Source: an uncultured Methanosarcinaceae archaeon
Lineage (GTDB): Archaea; Halobacteriota; Methanosarcinia; Methanosarcinales; Methanosarcinaceae
Assembly (NCBI GenBank): GCA_963721455.1
Contig: CAVRJG010000032.1
Span: 1 to 13,947, forward strand
Length of the DNA: 13,947 nucleotides
Direction of reading: 5' to 3'
In this document: in pieces, positions 1 to 7,561 of the stretch
How positions within the stretch are numbered: position 1 is the first letter of the stretch
Layout of the letters: each line of letters opens with the position of its first letter
Position numbers and translations under genes: made by a program
Notes under the pieces: model-generated
What the model was told of the DNA's origin: nothing
What the model saw: only the letters and a program-made list of their open reading frames with translations
Databases searched by the model: none

Positions 1-903
1 TTCTTCCATAAGCTCTTTCGAGTATTCGGGCACCGAACCTGGCTTTGATGCCACATAAGTCCCAAGGATACAGGCGATTGACGCGGCTTTTGAGACTCCG
101 TACCCTGAGAGGCAGGCGTAAAGGAAACCTGCGGAAAAGGCATCGCCTGCTCCTACCGTATCTGCCACTTCGACGGGTGTGGTTTTTATTTCCTCGTAAA
201 TCCCTTTATGGTAAACAGCAGCTCCTTCAGGCCCTTTTGTTATGCAGATTACGGATATGCCGGGGTACCTGTCCGTAAGGATTCGGCAGAGAGCTTTGCA
301 TGAGTATGTGGTGCCAGAAAGCAGGCTGGAAACAATAGCAGCTTCTTCCTCGTTCATCTTGAGAATTGTGGAGCGTTCGAGAGAAGATAATATCCATTCC
401 TTTTTGTAGAACCCGGCTCTGAGGTTCATGTCGTAGAAAAAATTTTTTGCCTTTATTTCCGAAAGCAGCCTTTTCAAAGTCCTCCTGTTTTCTTCCGACC
501 TCTGGGCAAGCGTCCCAAAACAGAAAACGTCCCATTCTTCCCCTGAAATAACCTTAAATTTCTTTTCATCCGGCGTAATCGCGTCCCAGGCCACACCTTC
601 ATTGATCGTGAAAATAGGGATTCCTTCATCCTCCAGTTCGACAGTAACAGTTCCGGTTGGCCTCTTTTCATCGATTAAGATGTATGAAGTATCAATTCCC
701 AGTTCTTTGGCTCTGGCAAGGAGGTTTTTTCCGAGTTCATCCCTCCCGACTGCTGTGATTACAGCCGGCTTTGTTCCCAGCTTTGCAAGATGAGCTGCAA
801 GATTAAAGGGAGCTCCTCCGAGGTGGGCTGAGCCTTTAATAATATCAAAAAGGGCTTCCCCGAATGTGAGGGCTTTAATTTTCTTGAAACGCTCTTTTTT
901 CAC
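1..903 (-). CDS. PfkB/ribokinase-family carbohydrate kinase (fructokinase-like), 3' end outside window
   Basis: Manual translation from GTG at 903 is open to base 1: VKKERFKKIKALTFGEALFD...GGAPFNLAAHLAKLG...VGRDELG...DTVGAGDAFSAGFL. These are the PfkB N- and C-terminal signatures. GGAG lies just upstream and an in-frame TAA is at 937-939. The ORF track misses it because no stop falls in the window. Confidence 0.95.
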   Translation of the reverse strand, partial: MKKERFKKIKALTFGEALFDIIKGSAHLGGAPFNLAAHLAKLGTKPAVITAVGRDELGKNLLARAKELGIDTSYILIDEKRPTGTVTVELEDEGIPIFTINEGVAWDAITPDEKKFKVISGEEWDVFCFGTLAQRSEENRRTLKRLLSEIKAKNFFYDMNLRAGFYKKEWILSSLERSTILKMNEEEAAIVSSLLSGTTYSCKALCRILTDRYPGISVICITKGPEGAAVYHKGIYEEIKTTPVEVADTVGAGDAFSAGFLYACLSGYGVSKAASIACILGTYVASKPGSVPEYSKELMEE

Positions 904-949
904 CTTTCCACTCCAATTTACCGGTTCGTACTCAGGTTATATGCTTTCA

Positions 950-1003
950 TTTTATATTCCGGTTTACCTTTATATTCCAATTTACTTTTACATCCCGATT
1001 TTG
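950..1003. repeat. Imperfect 18-bp tandem repeat, 3 copies
   Basis: ttttatattccggtttac / ctttatattccaatttac / ttttacatcccgattttg. Confidence 0.75.
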
Positions 1004-1031
1004 TGCTTAAGGTCCTTACTTTTGCTGGATG

Positions 1032-1097
1032 GCTGCGGGGTTGATGGTGAGAGAATACAGGAAATTTAAGAGGAGGAAGGAAAGGAAGAGAGAAAAG
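1032..1097 (+). pseudogene. Very short remnant of a MATE transporter 3' end
   Basis: 1032-1073 matches 1946-1987 at 32/42 nt (AAGLMVREYRKFKR vs AAGLMVRK*RRFRR). Confidence 0.5.
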
Positions 1098-1272
1098 TTG
1101 CAGACTGGGTTGGGAGATTGGGAAGTCTGTATTGAGAGGGTAATCTACAGTTTCATAATATCTTTTTAACGGCTACGTCTGTTCGGTTTTGAAAATGAGG
1201 GCCTGCAGAGGGTGATTTTGCGCGTCAGATCGGGTAGATAGGATATAAAGGGATAAAAGACAGGGGTTGAGT

Positions 1273-1294
1273 AAGAAAAAAGATAAAGAAAAGG
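1273..1294 (-). terminator. Putative oligo-T archaeal terminator of the VOC gene
   Basis: Minus strand reads ccttttctttatcttttttctt directly after the TAA at 1295-1297. Confidence 0.45.
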
Positions 1295-1684
1295 TTATCT
1301 GGCATTCATGTCAGGCTGCATTATCCCGAATATATTTTTTTCTGTGTCGAGGCAATATGCAAACCAGCCTACGCCGCCTATGGGACTCTTTTCCATAGTC
1401 ACTTTGCCGCCGTGATTCTGTATCTTATTCAGGTATTCATCGATGTTCGGGACTTCTATTGTGCAGATATAGGTACTTATCGGAGTGTCCGCTTTCGGTT
1501 TTCCTCCCTGCCTTTTCATCAAGCCACCATCGATTCCTGGCTCGTCTTGCTTGCCGGTTGTTATGTTCCAGTATCCCATGGGACCTTTCCACCTCTCTAT
1601 CTTCCAGCCGAAAACATCCTCGTAGAACTTTTTTGCCCTTGAGATATCTTCTGCGTATATATCAAAATGAATTACTCTTGGCGT
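1295..1684 (-). CDS. VOC/glyoxalase-bleomycin resistance family protein, 129 aa, with ACG at the expected start
   Basis: The 94-aa ORF extends upstream in frame to (T/M)PRVIHFDIYAEDISRAKKFYEDVFGWK, the typical VOC N-terminal motif. The C-terminal part has GGKV...IGGVGWFAYCLDTEKNIFGI. SD-like GGGGGT lies about 7 nt upstream of the ACG at 1684-1682. Confidence 0.85.
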   Translation of the reverse strand, partial: TPRVIHFDIYAEDISRAKKFYEDVFGWKIERWKGPMGYWNITTGKQDEPGIDGGLMKRQGGKPKADTPISTYICTIEVPNIDEYLNKIQNHGGKVTMEKSPIGGVGWFAYCLDTEKNIFGIMQPDMNAR

Positions 1685-1724
1685 GATAACTACCCCCAGT
1701 TTTAATTAGATAGTTTGGCTGGCA

Positions 1725-1734
1725 TTTTATATAT
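1725..1734 (-). promoter_or_regulatory. Candidate TATA box for the VOC gene
   Basis: Minus strand ATATATAAAA about 40 nt upstream of the predicted start. Confidence 0.35.
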
Positions 1735-1793
1735 TAATTTAGGCTTGCTTTTTTAGACATTTAATTCTTCAACCAGATAGAATACAAAGAGAT

Positions 1794-2004
1794 CAGGCAA
1801 TATGAAAATCCAGGCCCGCTTTCATCCGGTCGATTATAAGGCACTGATTTTCCTGCTACCGATTGTTCTGGTTTTGCCGAAGGTTTACGGGTTAGAAGGG
1901 GTCTGGGCAGCGTTTTCGGTTTTGAATTTTCTGGTTTTTGTACCTGCTGCGGGGTTAATGGTAAGGAAGTAGAGGAGGTTTAGAAGGGGAAAAGAGAACA
2001 GTAA
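1794..2004 (+). pseudogene. C-terminal remnant of a MATE-family efflux transporter
   Basis: Reads QAI*KSRPAFIRSIIR[frameshift]LIFLLPIVLVLPKVYGLEGVWAAFSVLNFLVFVPAAGLMVRK*. This fits the MATE C-terminal pattern FQAxGK...RQ..FLxP...LP...GLxGVW. It has two stops and one frameshift. Confidence 0.75.
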
Positions 2005-2063
2005 AAGAACTCATCCCAAAACCAATTTTATTCTCAAATTATAAGAGTTTCAGAACTATTTTC

Positions 2064-3839
2064 GTATCCTCTTCAAATTAGATGGGTTTTCAATCACAGG
2101 AAAAATATAATAGTTGCTCCATTTACCCTTATCATATTTTGGAGTAAAAAGATGGAACTCGAAGCTTTAAAACAATTGCTGGCATCTTTGGATATCAATC
2201 CTGATGAAATTGAGGATAAAAGGTATGCTACAGCTTTTCGCATTTTGTTTGCTATCATTGAAAAGCAGAACGAAGAGATTGAATTCCTCAAAGCAGAGAA
2301 CCAAAAGCTTCGAGACGAAATTAACTTACTCAAAGGTGAACAAACCAAACCTAAGATTCGTGGCTCTAAAAAAAATGAAGACATCTCTTCTGAAAAAGAG
2401 AGACAAAAACAAAGGCTTCCATAGGACACAGAATCTAAATCAAAACTTGATAAAATAGAGGTTCACCGAACTGAAACATGTAAAGTTGATAGATCCGTTT
2501 TACCCAGTGATGTGTATCCTAAAGGTTATAGGGACGTAATAATTCAGGATATATCCATAAAGCCTGTGAACACCAACTACAGGATAGAGATATTTTATTC
2601 TCCTTCTGAGCATAAAACATATTCAGGAGAATTGCCACATGGTATCAAAGGTGAATTTGGCCCTGGAATCAAATCTCTTATAATCACTCTTAACCATGTT
2701 GCTAATGTTTCAGAGCCCAAAATACATGAATTTCTGGAAAATATTGGTGTTCATATATCCAGAGCCACTATTTCTCGAATTTTGACAAAAGATACTGATA
2801 TCTTCCATCAGGAAAAAGCTGAGATTTTTCTTGAGGGTCTTAAGGCTACGCCTTATCAGCAGATTGATGATACAGGTGCAAGAGTCAATGGTGTCAATCA
2901 CTATACTCAAATTCTTTGTAATCCTTATTATGCTGCTTATTTTACAGTTCCCAATAAGAATAGGGAAACCATTTTAGATATACTTCTATGTGGAAAAGAA
3001 AAAACGTACTGCTTTAATGATGAAGCATTTGATCTGATGGAAACGTTTAATGTTTCCCAAATCTGGATGGAAAAGCTCTCTTCTTTTAAAAACAAAATAT
3101 TCAGTGATGAAGAAATGCGTCGAAAACTGGATTGTGTTTTCTCACTCAAAGGGTATAAAACTACTAAGAAGAAAGTTCTTGAAGCCTGTGCAATTGCGGC
3201 ATATCATCAAAGTACAGACATACCTGTGGTTACCACACTTCTGAGTGATGATGCACGTCAATTCAAGCAGATTGCATCACATCATGCTCTTTGTTGGATT
3301 CATGATGGGAGAAACTACAAGAAATTGAGGCCAATAGTACCTTATTTTAAAGAAAAGCTGGAAGCTTTTCTGGACAGGTACTGGGACTTTTATGGGGAAC
3401 TTTGTGAGTTTAGAATAAAACCAGATTCAGAGGTAGCGGAGCAATTATCCATTAAGTTTGATCAATTGTTTTCGACTATAACAGGATATGAACAGTTGGA
3501 TGAAAGAATAGGTAAGACGAAAGAGAACAAGGGACATCTGTTAAAAGTACTGGTTTTACCAGAAGTTCCACTGCATAACAATGCAGCGGAACTAGCGGCG
3601 AGAGCAAAGGTTAGAAAAAGAGATGTGAGCCTTCAAACCATAACAGATGAAGGGACAAAGGCAAACGACACATTTATGACGATTGTTCAGACTGCAAAGA
3701 AACTGAGTATAAGTGCATATCAGTACATATGTGATAGAGTGAGCAATACATTTGAGATGCCATCTTTGGCTCAACTCATTAGAGAAAAAAGCTCATTGAG
3801 TTGAAATTGAAAGCTTTCCACTCAATTTGAAGAGGATAC
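2064..3839 (+). mobile_element. IS66-family insertion sequence (single-ORF, ISBst12-like), 1776 bp
   Basis: Perfect 16-bp TIRs GTATCCTCTTCAAATT (2064-2079) and AATTTGAAGAGGATAC (3824-3839) enclose the transposase. No clean 8-bp target duplication; at best TTTTC/CTTTC. Confidence 0.9.
2152..3804 (+). CDS. IS66-family DDE transposase, 550 codons, with one in-frame TAG at 2422-2424
   Basis: ORFs 2152-2424 and 2512-3804 share a frame, and 2425-2511 is open (DTESKSKLDKIEVHRTETCKVDRSVLPSD). N-terminal coiled coil and motifs QIDDTG, LLSDDA, HALCWIH, HNNAAELAAR are present. Confidence 0.9.
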
Positions 3840-3990
3840 CTTTCATTCTGAACTATTTTTTTTGAGTATAATTCATAAATCGTCCATTTCTACCTTTGAC
3901 ACAACCATGTTACTGTCAGTCAGGTATCATTTACTTTATCGCATTGTTCAGCTGCACAAGCTAACCATTGTTTTACAATAAATGCTACCG

Positions 3991-4012
3991 TTCAGTTCAA
4001 ATGCGTAAGCCC
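3991..4012 (-). repeat. Degenerate end of a short interspersed repeat/MITE (GGACTTACGCAGTTGAACTGA-like)
   Basis: Reverse complement gggcttacgcatttgaactgaa matches both 4251-4272 and 11255-11276 at 16/22. Confidence 0.55.
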
Positions 4013-4020
4013 GATGATCA

Positions 4021-4271
4021 ATTAATTTTAAGACAGCTCTTAGATGTAGCTATTTAATGAGTATTCCCGCAATCCTTGGGGAATTGTATTGCAGATTAAG
4101 CATATAGTAAATATAGATTTTTCTTCGATTCTTGCAGTAGTAGTTTCTTTTATATTTGGATTACTCACGGTAAATCTCTTATTAAAAGTTGCTCGAAAAG
4201 TTAATTTTTCCAACATATGCATAATTCTAGGTTTAATGACTGCTTTATTTGGACTCGCACAGTTGAGCTGA
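4021..4271 (+). pseudogene. uppP: 3' fragment of undecaprenyl-diphosphate phosphatase (UppP/BacA family)
   Basis: KTALRCSYLMSIPAILG (4030-4080) resembles the BacA motif A.RFSFLLSIPAILG. After a 1-nt loss in a G run it continues IVLQIK...VVSFIFGLLTVNLLLKVARKVNFSNICIILG. The N-terminal two-thirds are absent. Confidence 0.75.
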
Positions 4272-4291
4272 AAATTCGATGGCGTTAGATC
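4251..4291 (+). repeat. Left part of the same short repeat/MITE family, truncated by the next element
   Basis: 26/39 identity to 11255-11293, with 12 of 13 mismatches being transitions. Confidence 0.55.
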
Positions 4292-4387
4292 GGCTCTGTC
4301 AAGTCTCGGTGGTTAAAATAATATAATTCATTATCATTAGTAGTCGCCTTCTCGAAAAGACACCATCAATTATAACCTAAGTTTGAC

Positions 4388-4411
4388 GTATCACTCAATT
4401 TGAAGAGGATA
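4388..4411 (+). mobile_element. 24-bp relic of the IS66 ends inside the IS1634 end
   Basis: 4392-4411 is identical over 20 bp to 3819-3838. It is preceded by GTAT(C), the first bases of the IS66 left TIR. Confidence 0.7.
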
Positions 4412-5797
4412 AAATTTTATTATATATTCTACGGAATCGTCCCCATTTTTGTTACAATTAAGCTATTGATCTTATCAAAATTAGCAAAAATATACTTTTT
4501 GACCCCATTTTTCAGGAATTTTATTGTAAGTGTCAAATTCATCAAGCTTTTTTTGATGAATTTTGTGGACCTATGTTTAATCTCCTTGAATTCATATCGC
4601 ATTAGCGATATGAATAACTGAGCAATAAATCCCAGTAGAATAGCTCCATAAATGCTATCGTCTGACCACACTCTCAATGGCTTAATCTGAATTTCGTTTT
4701 TTAACGAGTTGAATATTTTCTCAATAGAATCCTTTTCTCGATATGTTTCCAATGCTTTCTCAAGTGTCAAATCTTTGTTCGATTTGAGACAAAAAAATCC
4801 TTCTCTTCCATTAATTATCGAACTTTTTAGGAGTTCTATTGCTTCCTCATCACTAAGCTCTTCGAGCTTAGTCCTGAAAGAGTAATCAATTTCAATCAAC
4901 TCATTGTTGACTCTGAATTTTTTGGGAAGCTTTTTATTCTTTACGATTACTTCCTGGATCTCTTTCGCTTCTTGTAACTTCTTTAGAACAGTTCTTGCTT
5001 TAGATTCCAGCTGTTTCTTCTGTAAAGATTCAGAGTAATAAAAATACTTGATGCTACTTGGCTTGACGATTTTTATCCCATATATACTTTTTTCGGAATC
5101 TACCAGTTCAGCTGTTTTTGGATCGAAATTCTCAATAATTTTTTCGTCACTTGTATTCAGTTTCATGGAAGTGAGATACTTCATCTCATCTTCTTGTATC
5201 AACTTAATATTGTCTGCTGTATTAGCCCCTTTATCAAAAACAATAAGAGAACCTTCTTTAAGTTTACTTTTTACCTGATTATAAGTATCGGGAAAATGCT
5301 GCAGATCAAGAACGTTTCCTCTATTCACTGTAATTCCAGTAGGTATGTTTATGGGTTTTTTGAGTTCACTAACTCCAACTGTTATCTGTAGCTTATCAGG
5401 TCTATGATCTCTACTGTATCCATACTTGCCAAGTTTGGATTTAGTGCCGTGAAGAACTATACTTGTCCAGTCAAGGTTTATATCCGTCTCTTCAAAATCA
5501 TAAATCGAAAACAGACTGTTTAGAATATCCGAGAGGATTTCTTCTTTGTTACGCCCCAGGATTTCAAGGGTTCTGTAAAGAACTCTTTCATGGAATCTTT
5601 CAAGGTTTAAGATGTCGAGAATTTCTTCCTGATTTAACCATTTGCCAGCTTCCTTGATGCTGAAATTATCGGTGAGCTTATAGCTTATCAATCCTACCAA
5701 TAAACTATTGAGATCAAGACCCTTGCTTTTATGCTTGCCAAAAATATCACAAAAATGAAGCTTTTCATAGTAAGATTGGACAGCAAGAATTGATCCT

Positions 5798-7298
5798 CAG
5801 TAGTTCCGAATAACCCAAGTTCCGAATGCTTAATTTGACAGGCATCAAATATTTATGATTTACCGAAAAAAAGATCTAATGAACCATGGAATTCGTTTGT
5901 GATGCCAACCAAAAACGACTCCATGGCCATAGATACAGCCAGCTTGCTGGCGGTATCCTCTGAATTGTTTCGCAAATATGATATATAATAACTTTGCCAG
6001 AATCTGCAAATTATGAATGTCAGGACATTCTAAACGTGTTGTTACATGCCTCAACATCTTCTACAAACTCTCTTGAATCCGCAAAAAGTAATGACCTCAG
6101 AAGCAAACTGACTTAAGAATTCCCTCAGCAGATACTATTTTCAATTACATCAAAGACAATAATATTGAAGACGCTCTTTCCGCTTTCAGAAAAATGAATT
6201 TTGAGATTTTCAAGATGATGAAACTTGAAAACACTGTTCATGACATAGCTATTGATTTTCATGACGTTCCATTTTATGGAGACAAAAATACTCCCGGAAT
6301 TAGGGGGAATAAAACCAAAGAATGGCAGTTCATGGGTAAATCGTTCTGTACCCTGGATATAATTGGAATTTCTCACTTGACACTTGACGTAATTGACATT
6401 AATAGTTTTAATAAGAATTATTCTTTATTCATTGAATCTTTATTCGAAAGACTTAAGACAATAGGTGTAAAAACAGGGACCGCATACCTTGATAAAGAAT
6501 TTTGTAACAGAGCTGTGATTTCAAAATTAGATGAACTTAAAGTCAATTTTGTTATAGCAGCTAAATCAAATCAGGTTATCAATAGAGAACTTAAAAATCA
6601 TCAAAAAGAGTGGGGAATACTTCAACTATTTTTGAATATCAATTTAAGCAAGGAGGACCTTCCTTCAATATTGTGGCAATATATGATGATAAAAGGGAAA
6701 GGTACATCCTGTTTGCTACAAACAAAGAGGCAGAATCAACTGAGAAATTTGAAAAGACAATTCCTGAAGAATACAGAAAAAGATGGAACATAGAAACTGG
6801 CTATAGAGTGAAAAACGACTTCAAGATACGAACATGTACAAAATCTCCAGTAGCAAGAGTATTATTCTTTGTTATTCAATGCATCATGTACAATGTTCTA
6901 AATATGCTAAAGTCAGTTATTGAAATTACGGCTTATGAGCTAAAATCATTAATAAATGAAGACATAAACAAAGCTTTTAGATATGGGCTAAAGTCGTTGA
7001 ATTTTATTCCGGTTAAGGTATTACTGGAATGTTTAAGATGGTTTAATGAAGAAGAAATCGAGTGCTACGCACTCGATTAACTACAATATAACTTGCATTG
7101 AATAAAAAATTACTAACTTAATAGCTTATGCTATAAAATCACTCGATAAAAAATTATTTTTTGAGAAATGTTAGTGGGAATTATAAGCTTAAGAATTTTA
7201 AACTCTAATCAATAATATAAAATATTTTGAAAATGAATGGGTAAAAAGTAAAATCAATATGTTTTGTCATTCGGAAGTAAGTCTGTTCGGAACTACTG
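5798..7298 (+). mobile_element. ISH3-family insertion sequence, 1501 bp
   Basis: Perfect 13-bp TIR CAGTAGTTCCGAA plus an inner TTCCGAATG match at both ends. Exact 5-bp target duplication ATCCT at 5793-5797 and 7299-7303. Confidence 0.92.
5902..7091 (+). pseudogene. ISH3-family transposase with multiple frameshifts
   Basis: Fragments MPTKNDS...FRKYDI / TLPESANY... / IPSADTIFNY...IAIDFHDVPFYG...YLDKEF / ...YRKRWNIETGYR carry ISH3-type DDE motifs. About six frame changes, near 5985, 6110, 6305, 6335, 6612 and 7055 (approximate). Confidence 0.88.
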
Positions 7299-7531
7299 AT
7301 CCTATAGGAACACATATATTCTTGTTCGGAATTGTAGGAAATGCTCTCTGTTTTGTGTTTAGATTCATTTGACCGAATAACACAAAACAAAGAGCACTTA
7401 TTTTTATCTAACTGTCAAAGTCAGGTTATAACCTCCGAAGACTTGACAAACCTTAATAACTAAAAATATATTTTTAAAGTAGAAAAGTTTACTAGCTTTA
7501 AAAGCGTACTATCTTGTAACCTTATTATTTT

Positions 7532-7539
7532 TTTATATA
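7532..7539 (+). promoter_or_regulatory. Candidate TATA box for the surface-protein gene
   Basis: TTTATATA about 23 nt upstream of ATG 7562. Confidence 0.4.
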
Positions 7540-7561
7540 ATAATCTAAACTGAGATTAAAC

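Larger units (their letters stand above)
4429..7368 (-). pseudogene. IS1634-family transposase split by insertion (7368-7299 + 5792-4429 = 477 aa)
   Basis: Removing ISH3 and one ATCCT restores MNLNTKQRAFPTIPNKNICVPIGSILAVQSYYEKLHF..., continuous with the 423-aa ORF. DDE motifs INLDWTS, VFDKG and IEKIFNSLKN are present, plus GYSRDHRPDKLQ. Confidence 0.92.
4376..7425 (-). mobile_element. IS1634-family insertion sequence interrupted by ISH3
   Basis: TIRs CCTAAGTTTGAC (4376-4387) and GTCAAAGTCAGG (7414-7425), 10/12 match. Exact 6-bp target duplication TTATAA at 4370-4375 and 7426-7431. Confidence 0.92.
4292..7452. mobile_element. ~105-bp non-autonomous MITE with IS6-like ends (4292-4375 + 7432-7452), split by IS1634
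   Basis: Left end ggctctgtcaagtc-tcggtggttaaaa vs reverse-complemented right end gg-tttgtcaagtcttcggaggttataa. GG(C/T)TCTGT termini resemble IS6-family IRs. No target duplication seen. Confidence 0.7.

Noticed and set aside
45-1069. Short ORFs 45-278, 227-535, 474-671, 602-793, 866-1069
   Set aside because: Shadow or alternate frames of the PfkB kinase and its upstream region, with no recognisable motifs.
2512-3804. Treating 2152-2424 and 2512-3804 as separate tnp genes, or 2204-2458 as a frameshift partner
   Set aside because: The two ORFs are in frame with an open linker, so no frameshift is needed.
4420-4431. Amber read-through at the IS1634 transposase stop
   Set aside because: A TAA follows after two more codons, so read-through would add only three residues.
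7205-7390. 61-aa minus-strand ORF as a gene
   Set aside because: It crosses the ISH3/IS1634 junction in the wrong frame. The real transposase start is ATG 7368.
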